Positions 50,374 to 61,400 of a stretch of 64,000 bases of DNA are shown here, in pieces; position 1 is the stretch's first letter; each line of letters opens with the position of its first letter. The notes under the pieces are model-generated. The model searched no databases. It had not been told where the DNA came from and saw only the letters and a list, made by a program, of their open reading frames with translations. Source of the DNA: Dimorphilus gyrociliatus (Eukaryota > Animalia > Annelida); contig CAJFCJ010000036.1 of NCBI GenBank assembly GCA_904063045.1, positions 139,737 to 203,736 of the forward strand, written 5' to 3'. Position numbers and translations under genes: made by a program.

Positions 50374-53300
50374 TCATAATTGTTCATTACTCAAATCACA
50401 CTCTTCTAAATTAATACATTTTAAAGTTTTAGCACAAGGTTTAAGGCTGTCACATATCATTTTTAATTCGTCTCCAAGTTCCGCATTATGAGACAAATCA
50501 ATATATTCCAACAAGGAACAATCTCGAAATGTTTCTGTGAAGCCTTTTGTTTTATAAAAATTCAATTTACAATGACTGATATTAATCTTCTTTAAAGTAT
50601 TTGAAGAAGATTTCAGAGCTTTGAATATCTTTTCAAATCCTTTTTCTATATTATGGCAATAGGACAAGTTAATATTTCTCAATGAACTACACTGTTGAAT
50701 CGCTTTTGCCAACTGTCTTCCTTGCCTTTCATTCAAGTCGCATTGATCCAAATTGATATCTTTTAAACTTTTTGAACAGAATTTGAGGCTTTCACAAATC
50801 GAGTCAAATTCATTTTCCATGTTAGAATTTTTTGATAAGTCAATATTTTGCAAACACCTGCACAGCTTTAAAACTTGTGCTAAATATTTTGTGTCAGTAG
50901 CATTCAGTTCGCAGTTTCTTATCTTAAATTCTTTTAAAATATTTGAAGAGGATTTAAGACTTTCGCAAATCGTTTTGAATTCTTTTCCCATATGTGAATT
51001 ATTAGATAAATCAACATTTTCTAATAAAGAACATTGTTGAAAAGTTTCAGCTAAACTTTTTGCTTGCTCTTCATTCAAATTACAGCAATTTACTTTAATT
51101 TGTTTTAAAGTATTTGCAGAAGATCTGAGGCCTTCGTGAATCTGAATTATTTCGTTTCCAATTGTTGAATTGTTAGATAAGTTAAAACTTTCCAGTGATG
51201 TACATTGGCAAATTAGTTCTGCTAGAGACATCGCCTGGCGTTGATTGATATCACAGAAAGCTACTGTAATTTGTTTTAAATGGCTGGAAGAGAATTTCAA
51301 ACTTTTGCATATCTTTTCAAAATTGTCACCCATTTTAGAATTGTAAGATAAGTCGACATTTTCCAAAAAAATACATTTTTGAAATATTTCCGCCAAATGA
51401 TCAGCTGCATCTTCATTCAAATTACATTTGCTGATATTGATCTTTCTTAAATTGTTAGAGGATGAATGAAGGCTTTTGCAAATTTCTCTAATTTCATTTC
51501 CCATTCTAGGATTGTGACACAAGTCAATATTTTCCAATAAAGAACACTGTTGAAATGTTTCTGCTAAATACAAAGTTTGATCTTTATTCAGATTGCACTT
51601 CCAAATATTGATAAATTTTAAAGTGTTTTTAGAGGTTTTGAGTCCTGTACAAATGTTCTTAAATCCCTTTCCCATTACAGAATTGCAACCCAAATCTATA
51701 CCTTCTAACGAAGAGCATTTTGCAAGCAATTTTGCTATGTAGTTGGCTTCAAAGTGAGTCAAATCATCCAACCATATATTGATATACTTTAAAGTGTCAG
51801 AAGATGATTCAAGCTTTTTACAAATCATTTTAAGCCCAGTTTTCAAGTTAGGATTTTTAGCTAAATCGACATTTTCCAAAGAGGAACATCTTTCAAATAC
51901 TTTTTCCAAGTGTTTTCCTTGATTGTTTGTCAGCGTGCAGCAACTTAGGCTGATTTGTTTTAAATTGTGAGAAGAAGATACGAGACCTTCGCAAATCTTT
52001 TCAAATCCAGTTTCCATTGCAGTATTGTAGGATAGGTCAACTTTCTCCAAATGAGAACATTGCTGAAATATTTCTCCTAAACATTCTGCTTGTTCCTGAT
52101 TTAAATAACACCATGATGCATTGATATCTTTTAATGTTCTAAAAGAGAGTCTAAGGCTTTCACAAATTGTTTTAAATTCATTTCCAAAGTTTGGATTTCC
52201 AGATAAGTCAACATTTTCAATTGTAGAACATTTTCTAAAGATATCTGCTAGATATTTTGCTTGGCTATTACTCAAATTACACTGACTTATATTTATCTGT
52301 TTAAGAGTGTTAGCTGATGATTTCAGTCCTTCACAAATCTTTTTAAATCCAATGCCCATTGCAGTATTGCATGATAAATCAACAATTTGTAAAGAAGAGC
52401 AATCTTGAAATATTTCTCCAATAAATTTAGCTTGTTGATCATTCAAATTACATGAATTTAAATTGATAATATTGAGAGTGTTGGAAAAAGATGTGATAGC
52501 CTGAAGAAAACTTTGAAGATTAACATTGCAGTTGGATAATGAAAAGTATTTAATATTGGTACATTTACTTAAAACTAGTTGAGTCTTTTCATAAAATGTA
52601 ACAAAATGTGAATAATCATTATTTATATCAAAAATTTGTAGTGTATGAGCCATAATCTCTAATATATCATCATATAAACTCTCAAATGAAGACTTGTCCG
52701 CTGCTTGATATATATTTATTGGAATATTATCAATATGGATTATTTTCATTTTCAATGCCCATTTTATCTTTTCCAAATGGTCCATTTTAAGATCAACTGA
52801 CAATTTATCATTAAAAGCTACTCTAGTTTCACAGTTATTTAGAAATAAAGAGATTTTTTGTTGATTGGAAATATTTATTTGAATTGTATTTAGTTGTGAT
52901 TTTGAGCACCCAATTCCCAAAAAATCCTGATGAAGGTCAATATCATTTGACACATATTCATAACAATTCCAAAAGAATTTCTGAGTTGGATCAGTTACAT
53001 TGCAATTCTTTATTGTTAATCTTTTAAATCTTTGTGTCTCTCTTTTTAGTTTTATCAATTCAAAAAAATGATTAGAATCATTTCCACAGAATAATTTATT
53101 CTCAATTGTCATAGTTTTTAAAAATTGGCATTCTTTAACAAATTTTAATGTGTTTTCTGTGAAAAAATTGTTGAAATTATAAGATTTATCTATAAGATCC
53201 GTGATATTTCCAGATCCGAATGTTACCCCAATCAACCAATTTCTTCCATTGCTACAGTTTGATATTTTTATCTTTTCAATGTTCTTTTGCATTTTTGATC

Positions 53301-55245
53301 CTTGAAGTTCATTTTCTCTTGAGATTTGAATAGTTTCTTTAAGAAAATGTATATATTGAATGTTTGTGGATGAAATCAAAGTGATAATTCTTTCAAAGAT
53401 AACATCAAATGAAAATCTATAATCTTTACATTTCAGTACAATATTAGTTAACATTGGTGAATGTAAGGACAGCTGTTCCAGTAAAAGATTGACATTAACT
53501 TGAGTGTTGTACAGTTTCAGCTCTTCCAAATTCTTTCCTTTACTCTCCACTAATACTTTTAATATGGTATCATTCAAATATTCATTTTCCAAAGAGAGTT
53601 CTCTATTGCCATCAGAAGCAGAAGATAAGTATTCTTTTATCTCTTGACTACAATCAAACATATGTCTTGCAATTTCAGAAAACAATAGAATATCTTGAAA
53701 GATAGATGGAGACTTTTGTTCAACAAATTCCAAAACATTATACATTTTGGTGTTATTAGTTTCTGTTAAGAACTCATCTAAAGTTTTCTCATTCTCCAAT
53801 CCTTCATTTAATATCAATTTTTTAGATTTTGTTTCAAATTCACTTAAAAGAAATTGAGCAGAAAAAAATTCCTGAAATGATAAATGATAGAATTGCAACT
53901 CTCTTCTATTGTTTTCAGCTGGAATGATATCTATTAAACCTTTAAAGGTATTTGCAATGGATTGTTCTTTATCATTATTGGAATCGAGGAAAATTTTACT
54001 TTTTGGAAGATTAATAAAACATAATCTAAACATTTCTTTCTTATCAAATTGATGTTCTTCTCTATTTTGTAAATTTTTCTCTAAAGTAATGTCAATAAAA
54101 TCTTCATAGATTTTATATAGAGTTTTCTTAAAGATATCTCCTTTTTCCTTCCAAACAAAAAAAAGAATCATTGCTAAAAGTGGAACTCTACACATACTTT
54201 GAATTTTGTGATGTTTATTAACAACATTTTGAATGAACTGTTCAGCTTGAATTATTTGATTTTCAGTAAAACACTTATTAAAGAATATCTCCATTTGATT
54301 ACTATTCCATCCTGTTAGCTCAAATGTAACATCACAAGTACTTTTAATTTCCTTCCCTTTCCACTTTCTACACCAAATCACAGTTGGAATAATACAATTT
54401 GCTTTATCAATAAAATCGTTTAGTTGATGTTCTTGTAGATGAAATTCATCAGCTCCATCTAGAAATAGTATAATATCGTCTTTCTTCTCTTCAAAAAATG
54501 ATTGAATGATGTGTTCATTAACGTATTCAATATTTTTGAAATTTTGCTTAAAAATCTCCTGATAAACATTTGTTTGTTGTTGAACATTTCTCAAAATAAG
54601 GAATAAACATAGTTTTTCATTATTTGTTTTCCATCTTTCATTAGCCCAAGTGTAGATAAGATTTTTAATATGAACACTTTTGCCAATTCCAGGTTCTCCT
54701 TGAATTAAAAGTTTATTAAATTTTTTATTAAAAATTTGATAGAAATTATCATAATCTATTTCAGTATAAACACATTTACTGTCAATGATATCTGTGTCAA
54801 CTACCTCTGATATTCTGATAGATGTAACAATATCTGTAATTTTAACTGACTTTATTTCACCAAAAGGAAGAAGTTTAATTGTAGAAAAATCCTTTTTTCT
54901 TTCTGTTTTTGTATCTAAAATTAGCATTTTCCAAACATAATCCGAATTATCTAAATTTTTAGCCAATCCATCACAATTTAAACCTCCAATTTCTGTTAGA
55001 ATATAAATAATATGTTGTATTTTGTGAGTATTTAGTATGCTAATAAGGTCATCAACTGCTTCTTCTCTTCCTCCGTTTGTATATTTGTAGTCTAGTCCTT
55101 CTTCAATATCTTTGCAAATGAGCCCCTCACGACATAAATATAAGCAAAACTTTTTAAATGTTACCTCTGTTTCCAATAATCTCTTAAAATGTTTTTTATA
55201 ATAATTAAAGCACAATTTTTCAACTGAAGTCATTCCCTTAAGCAT
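50374..55245 (-). CDS. Intronless NLR: N-terminal death-fold (CARD-like), NACHT and about 25 RI-type LRRs, 1623 aa
   Basis: Walker A LLIQGEPGIGKS, Walker B IILFLDGADEF, VPLLAMIL and FYHLSFQEFFSA motifs, and about 12.5 copies of a 57-aa LRR pair. The death-fold call rests on helical pattern only. Confidence 0.92.
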   Translation of the reverse strand: MLKGMTSVEKLCFNYYKKHFKRLLETEVTFKKFCLYLCREGLICKDIEEGLDYKYTNGGREEAVDDLISILNTHKIQHIIYILTEIGGLNCDGLAKNLDNSDYVWKMLILDTKTERKKDFSTIKLLPFGEIKSVKITDIVTSIRISEVVDTDIIDSKCVYTEIDYDNFYQIFNKKFNKLLIQGEPGIGKSVHIKNLIYTWANERWKTNNEKLCLFLILRNVQQQTNVYQEIFKQNFKNIEYVNEHIIQSFFEEKKDDIILFLDGADEFHLQEHQLNDFIDKANCIIPTVIWCRKWKGKEIKSTCDVTFELTGWNSNQMEIFFNKCFTENQIIQAEQFIQNVVNKHHKIQSMCRVPLLAMILFFVWKEKGDIFKKTLYKIYEDFIDITLEKNLQNREEHQFDKKEMFRLCFINLPKSKIFLDSNNDKEQSIANTFKGLIDIIPAENNRRELQFYHLSFQEFFSAQFLLSEFETKSKKLILNEGLENEKTLDEFLTETNNTKMYNVLEFVEQKSPSIFQDILLFSEIARHMFDCSQEIKEYLSSASDGNRELSLENEYLNDTILKVLVESKGKNLEELKLYNTQVNVNLLLEQLSLHSPMLTNIVLKCKDYRFSFDVIFERIITLISSTNIQYIHFLKETIQISRENELQGSKMQKNIEKIKISNCSNGRNWLIGVTFGSGNITDLIDKSYNFNNFFTENTLKFVKECQFLKTMTIENKLFCGNDSNHFFELIKLKRETQRFKRLTIKNCNVTDPTQKFFWNCYEYVSNDIDLHQDFLGIGCSKSQLNTIQINISNQQKISLFLNNCETRVAFNDKLSVDLKMDHLEKIKWALKMKIIHIDNIPINIYQAADKSSFESLYDDILEIMAHTLQIFDINNDYSHFVTFYEKTQLVLSKCTNIKYFSLSNCNVNLQSFLQAITSFSNTLNIINLNSCNLNDQQAKFIGEIFQDCSSLQIVDLSCNTAMGIGFKKICEGLKSSANTLKQINISQCNLSNSQAKYLADIFRKCSTIENVDLSGNPNFGNEFKTICESLRLSFRTLKDINASWCYLNQEQAECLGEIFQQCSHLEKVDLSYNTAMETGFEKICEGLVSSSHNLKQISLSCCTLTNNQGKHLEKVFERCSSLENVDLAKNPNLKTGLKMICKKLESSSDTLKYINIWLDDLTHFEANYIAKLLAKCSSLEGIDLGCNSVMGKGFKNICTGLKTSKNTLKFINIWKCNLNKDQTLYLAETFQQCSLLENIDLCHNPRMGNEIREICKSLHSSSNNLRKINISKCNLNEDAADHLAEIFQKCIFLENVDLSYNSKMGDNFEKICKSLKFSSSHLKQITVAFCDINQRQAMSLAELICQCTSLESFNLSNNSTIGNEIIQIHEGLRSSANTLKQIKVNCCNLNEEQAKSLAETFQQCSLLENVDLSNNSHMGKEFKTICESLKSSSNILKEFKIRNCELNATDTKYLAQVLKLCRCLQNIDLSKNSNMENEFDSICESLKFCSKSLKDINLDQCDLNERQGRQLAKAIQQCSSLRNINLSYCHNIEKGFEKIFKALKSSSNTLKKINISHCKLNFYKTKGFTETFRDCSLLEYIDLSHNAELGDELKMICDSLKPCAKTLKCINLEECDLSNEQL

Positions 55246-55950
55246 TTTTTAAGCCGCTTCCTAATGCGAGTTCATCTAATAACCTTTGACAATAGAAGCT
55301 ATATTACATGCCATATTTATCTATCTATCTATCTATCTTATCGCTTATTGATTTATCACTACAATCAAGTATTTTTTAACAAAAGAGTATTGAAAAGGCA
55401 TGAAAGAAAAGCGGTAACTCTTTGCTTTGTCCTAGGTAAAACAGAATAAATATTTTACCAAATTTTGTTTCCCTGTATCACAGAATTACCAACAATGCCG
55501 TATAAAATTGTATTTGGAAAGACTCTGTTTTCTCACACCATTCTGTTATATTCATTCCCTTTTATACCTTGTTAGTGTCATTCAATTAGGGGATTGACTC
55601 TGCTCATTTGTTGTTTCACATTGCCCCCTGTAATGTGACATCAATTTAGTTGGGCTATCCTAGCTTTACAAGATTTGTTTTTCGCTTGTATTACGTAATT
55701 TTGGACAATTCCGTTTACAATTATGTTTTAATTACTCTTAGATTTCTGACCCTGTTTTGATACATTCACTCTCTTTTATACATTGCCAGCGTCACTTAAC
55801 TGGGTGCTTGACTGTTCTCATTAGTGGTGCCACGTTCGCGCCACGTCGTTCTCTATCCACTGTCCTAACTTTGACATGCATTCACTGACTCACACTGACT
55901 CACACTAACACATAATGTATAAACGTTCTGTTCATGTTCTGTTCAAATAT

Positions 55951-56270
55951 TATTTAGCACAGCAGAATCGATTACTTAAAAATGGAGAGATATTTCATAT
56001 CACCCAGTTTAATATACAAAAAAATGAAAACTACTGTAAAACAAGGCATTTTGTAACTCTTACGAACTATAGTTAATAGAGATTTTATAAATAATACTTA
56101 CTGTATAGTAGAAATGTTGAAGTAGATGTTGCCTCCGGGATAGATGGTACCGAACTGCCAGAAACAACCCCTTTCATAGGCAAAGGATAAGATGTTACAT
56201 AACCAAACATGTTGACTATTTTCTGTTTCTAATAATTTAAGAATACTGTATGTATGGTGTGAATGAGTAA
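55951..56270 (+). repeat. Diverged direct repeat, copy 1 (copy 2 at 58821-58963 plus 59964-59982), flanking the Gypsy remnant
   Basis: Shared blocks tatttagcac...attacttaaaaatggagaga, aaacaaggcattttgtaact, gtttctaataatttaagaata.tgtatgta and tggtgtgaatgagtaa. Confidence 0.7.
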
Positions 56271-56309
56271 GTTTATTTCAACTGGTGTGGTTTTTAGTTT
56301 TATAATCTG

Positions 56310-57730
56310 GGCTTAAGTTTCAGTTATGTCCTCATCATAACCATCATCTAAATTGTCATCCAAACAATCTTCTAAATCTTCTGTATCAATATAAAAGCAT
56401 TTAAGCATATCTTCTCTTTCTGCTAATTAGGGAACTGTATTGTCATTTTGTTTTTCTTCATTTAATCTTTCCTTAAGTAAATTTCGAAAATCAATTACTT
56501 TATCAGTTTCACCAATTCTTGATATCCAGTCTGCTCTGTTAGTTCTTCCTGGTATGTATATTATTTCAAAATCCATATCTATAAGTGCCATCACCCATTT
56601 AACAGTATTTGAATTCATTTTGTTTTTTTTAAATGTTTGTACCAAATTTTGATGATCAGTGTAGAGAAAAAATTTCTTATACTGTAAATATTGGGAAAAT
56701 TTTTTTTACTGCCCAACAAACTGCAAAAGCCTCTTTTTGATAAGCTGCGTATCTTAGTTGTGTATTGATTAGAAGCTTGGAAGCAAAAGAAATTGGTTTT
56801 CTTATTTTCTTTCCATCTTCTTCCCATTCTTGTTCTAGAACTGCACCAACTGCGTAATTAGAAGCATCTGTTGTTAAATAGAATGATTTGGTAGAGTCTG
56901 GCAGTTGAATAATGGGGGGCTTTGTCATTGCATTCCTTGGTGTTTCATAAGCTTCCTCTGCTTCTTTTACCCATTTCCATTTTTCTGTCTTTTGGTGTAG
57001 TTTTAATAACTCTCTCAAAGGCTTTGTGATTTTTGAAAAATCTTTAATAAATCTTCTATAATAACCACAAAATGGCACAAAACTCAGCAGAGTATTTGCA
57101 AACATGGGTAATTTGGCATCTTTTATTTTCTGAATCTTTTCAGGATCAGTTTCAATACCATTCTGTGTAATTCTATGACCAAGGAATTGAACTGATTCTT
57201 GTAAGAATGCACATTTGCTCAATTTAATTCTAAAGTCTTTTTCATTGATTCTTTCCATGAATTTAAATAAACCCAATGGTGCAATAAAAGCAGTTTTCTC
57301 TATGTCCTCCCTGATGGGGATGTGATGAATTGCACTTCTCAAATCTAATATGGAAAAGTATTTATGACTTCCTCAAAGTTTATCAGATAAATTTTCTGGG
57401 TGTGGGATTGGATAACAATTCTTTTTAGATTGCTTGTCAAGTTTTCTGTAATCCACACACATTCTCAATGTTCCTTTTTTCTTTTTCACAAAAACAATGG
57501 GTGAGGCCCATTAACTTTTACTTGCTCTAATTAGTCCATTTTCCAATAAACCATTAAGTTGATCCCTATTTTCCTGTTGGGTGGTAATCTGTATGGTCTT
57601 TGTTTGAAAAGCTTTACATCTTCCAATAATTTTATTGCCATTGGTGGAACATCTGGTGAATCAATGTCATTCTAATTTGTAGCAATAGTGTCTTCATAAT
57701 TCTGTATCATTTCTTTTAATTTTTCTCTGT
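56310..57730 (-). mobile_element. Degenerate Ty3/Gypsy pol fragment (RT with internal deletion, RNase H)
   Basis: QRPYRLP, WASPIVFVKKK, LRMCVDYRKL, FSILDLRS, KTAF...LGLF, SKCAF...VQFLGH, LTTDASNYAVGAVLEQ, ISFASK, IYIPGRTNRADWISR. Stops and frameshifts are present. Confidence 0.9.
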
Positions 57731-57734
57731 TCTT

Positions 57735-57965
57735 GTCATGTGGCACTGCAAACAGGCCTGCCTCATAAGCATCTGGTGTTTGACATGCATCTTTTTCACG
57801 TTCTTTGTTCCTTTATTAATTACCAAGTAGCCACCATCTGTTACAGTCAAAGAGTCTATTTCTTATGAAATAGAATTCTTTCCAAAGTACTGAAAGCTAA
57901 TTCTACAAAATAAAAGTCTTTCTAAAGTTGCACCATTATAATTCCTACAAAATAGAAGTATTTCA
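57735..57965 (-). repeat. 42-bp-minisatellite repeat family, copy 2
   Basis: catgtggcactgcaaacaggcctgcctc matches 59432-59460. Units ttctaaagttgcaccattataattcctacaaaatagaag are present. Confidence 0.7.
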
Positions 57966-58963
57966 ATGGGTTATGGAAAAAAACTGATTGTGTAACACTT
58001 CTGAGTAAATGTCATAAAAAATTGTAATTGGGTTTCTGTCTCATTATTATCTATTTTTTTTGGTAGGAACAGGGAACAAGGCATTAACTTATTCTCCTTC
58101 ATTTTGTTCAAAATTTTTAAATAAAGATTACTGTAAAGTTAGAGAAATTTTTTAACAAGTTTTTTCTATCAATTCAATTGTATAAATATCTTATCGTTCA
58201 TTCTAAACAAAAGCATTTCATTAAGCAAGTCCTGTTGGTTAAATAATTCACTTTTTCCAATCTAAGAATAACCCTGCCAGAGACTTTTTATCAGGACTGT
58301 ATATATATACTATAAGGGATACGACAGAAAACGTCCACAAATCAGTGCTTTTACCCTAACTGTCAATAGTTTAAACAATTAGCTGATGGTTAGAAAACGG
58401 AACTGTCAACTGTTAATTTCGGAGGCTTTATATACTCTTTTAAGGGTTGGTAATTCACAAATTTCAATGTTTTATTGCCATGCATTGTATATGCTATGCT
58501 CTACGCGAAACTAGGTCAATACTGTTTATCTTTATTAGTGCTATCTGCATAGTACAATACTGGTTCAATACTACTTATCTAACGTAGAGTATTTTAGTAT
58601 AATTGACTGTTGCGTATTGAATATCATCACACGTCAATGCTGGCTATCTCAACTAGCACTTATACAGACACAGCTGATAATAATAAATTTGTCTATTCTC
58701 ACATATTTTTCAACAGGTACTAAAAAAAGCATCAGAGAAAAAAAAAAGCTTTTTTATCCAAAATATGTTTTTTTTCATGTACAGATATTTTCGTCGCGGA
58801 CTGTAAAACAGGTTAAATTTTATTTAGCACATCAGAATTAATTACTTAAAAATGGAGAGAGATTTCATTCAACCCAAGTAAATATACAAATTAAACAAGG
58901 CATTTTGTAACTTATATCTGTTAACTACTTTGTGTTTCTAATAATTTAAGAATAGTGTATGTA

Positions 58964-59963
58964 ACATGGACAAAACTTCGTCTGGACAAGGTAAACGCAA
59001 TACTATTATATATATATCAAAGTGCATGTGTCCATGTGGACATTTAAAACTCTTACAAATGAATGTAATAAATTTAGCGTAGTGTTACTTTGATCACCTA
59101 TGTATTTTATTGTAAAGTAATGTTAGGAATTTCTGGTGTAAAAGTCGTTGATGAAATAGATTTGCAAAAATCGCTTAGCTTCAAGTCAAAAATAATGAAT
59201 ATACCAACAAAATTAATAGTAAAAATAATGATGGCAAATGGCGACTAGTTAACAAACAACCAGCTGATGGTTAGAAAACTGAACAGACAAGCTAGGGAAA
59301 TGTATATCTTTGTATACATTTACCATAGCTTGGGTTCACTTGGTCAAAGGATTACAAAGTTGAAATGTAACAGTCTCATAATGCACATATAACAAAAACA
59401 TGAAAAACTGTTAGGATTAGGGTTAGGGCAACATGTGGCACTGCAAAAACAAGCCTGCCTCTTCCGCATCGGTTTTTGAATAAGATGTAACAAGTTTGAC
59501 ATGAATTTTTTATATACTGTTTGTTCCTTTGTTAATTCCATAGTTGCACCATCTTCTATGATCAAAGAATCAATTGCCTATGAAATAAAGATCTTTCTCA
59601 AGTTCTAGACTCTAATTCTACTAAATAAAAGTCTTTCTAGATTTCCATCATAATTCCTATGAAATAAAAATCTTTCTAAGGTTCAACCATTATAAGCCTT
59701 TGTAAAGTTCTATTATATGTAAAGTCTAAAGGTCAATATGCTATTATTTCTAAGTGCACAGACAGGAAGTTTTATCCACTTGCAAAAGTTCTAATCAAAA
59801 AACATTTAAAATATTTTGATACAGATTTTAAATTTTATATAAAGATTTATTTAAATAAAGTTATTAATAACTTTAAAAAAATATTTTAGTACATTGAGGT
59901 AAATATTTTACTTCTGTAGTCCAGGGGATGTTTTGTCCAGGGGACGTTTTGTCCAGGTCCCTT
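58964..59963. mobile_element. Non-autonomous TIR element, about 1.0 kb, carrying a nested copy of the 42-bp repeat family (about 59265-59760)
   Basis: Left end acatggacaaaacttcgtctggac versus the reverse complement of the right end, aagggacctggacaaaacgtcccctggac. It is flanked by gta on both sides, and the uninterrupted site is seen at 56245-56270. Confidence 0.65.
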
Positions 59964-60142
59964 GTATGGTGTGAATGAGTAATGTAGAAAAACCGGATTA
60001 CAAGTGATGAATTCAAACATAAAAATCATGTAAAGTTAATTAAATATTTTGGACATTGGCAAAATTCAGATTCAAGTCCTCTAAATCCGTATTTATTATC
60101 ACATATCTTCTAATATCAGCTCTTAATTAAATTTTTTTTTCA

Positions 60143-60405
60143 GAAATACCAGTGATTCAGGTGTTTCGTCAAATAAACAAGAAACAGCATTCCATGAAGT
60201 TATGAGAAGTTTGGAGTGTAAACTTTGTTATACAAGTTTAGCAAATACTTTGCTATTACCTTGTTGTCATGTGCTGGCTTGTAAACGATGTATATTAAGT
60301 CTTCCAAAAGCTGACTGTCCCTCTTGCAGATCAGTTATTAGAGGATATGTGGTAATAAATACGGACTTAGAGGACTTGAATCTGAATTTCGCCAATGATC
60401 GATAG
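60143..60405 (+). CDS. Terminal exon encoding an IAP/MDM2-type RING-HC finger; upstream exons not resolved
   Basis: Acceptor ttttttttcag at about 60142, then CKLCYTSLANTLLLPCCHVLACKRCILSLPKADCPSCRSVI. Confidence 0.65.
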
Positions 60406-60577
60406 ATTTGAGCAGAAGATTTGTTACAATAGTAGAATGCTAGGTGTGTTTTGTGTGAGTATGAATGTACGGTATAGGCAATATGTTTAAGGCCACCTTG
60501 TAAATTTAAATTTTTTTTAATTTTAGATATGAAGATATTGCCGGATATCTACTTTGAATTAATAATAATAATTATTA

Positions 60578-60702
60578 TTGTGCACTTAGATATAATGATA
60601 TATGAATACTTAGACTTTAGATATAAGGCTAGATTAGAAAGACTTCTATTTCATAGGAATTAGAACGATGCAACTATAGAAATACAGTCCTGATATGAAG
60701 TC
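60578..60702 (+). repeat. 42-bp-minisatellite repeat family, copy 4
   Basis: Begins tgtgcacttagata...ttagactttagata, like copy 1. Confidence 0.7.
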
Positions 60703-61143
60703 TTCCAAGTCATTGTTAGTCCTTGTAATTTCTCTGTAAACTCATTCTATGGACAATTTGAATTGCCCAATCTATTCTATTTATCACTAGTAAATGCTAT
60801 TCCTTCAGCAACCCTTAAACCAAATCTAATATCTTAATCTGTTAAATAATTCAATTACATCTTTGAAATTTTAATCAATAATCACTGAATAAAACACATA
60901 AAGCAATATAGAAAAAAACAATTACAAGTGGAATTTAAATTGAAACACTTAATGCAGGGTAGAAAATTTGGTGTTTCTACAACTTTTCCATAAATATTAC
61001 CATCTGCTTTATCATAATATATAAAAGGACTTTGATAATTTTCATCTGCAATAAAATTACAGATATTTAAGAAAGATAATTAATAAACAAAAATTCAAAG
61101 AATACATTTTTCAGGACAGCTGAAAGCATTAACATGAAATTTG

Positions 61144-61361
61144 TTCTAGAATCTAATTCCAATAAATGAGAGTCTTTCTAAAGCTCCACAATTATAATTT
61201 CTATAAAATAACACTTTTTCTAAACTTCCACCATTATAATTCCTACAACATAAAAGTCATTCTATAGTTGCACCATTATAATTGCTTCGAAATAAAAGCC
61301 TTTCTAAAGTTCTATAATATCTAAAGTCTAAATATCATTATGTCATTATCTCAAAGTGCAC
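61144..61361 (-). repeat. 42-bp-minisatellite repeat family, copy 5 (three full 42-bp units)
   Basis: Units ttctaaagctccacaattataatttctataaaataacacttt / ttctaaacttccaccattataattcctacaacataaaagtca / ttctatagttgcaccattataattgcttcgaaataaaagcct, ending aaagtgcaca. Confidence 0.85.
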
Positions 61362-61400
61362 AGATATTTTACAGATCAAAGATCTACTAACAAAGATTTC

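Noticed and set aside
61144-61320. 42-bp repeats as a CRISPR array
   Set aside because: The units are directly tandem with no unique spacers, there are no cas genes, and the context is intron-containing eukaryotic DNA.
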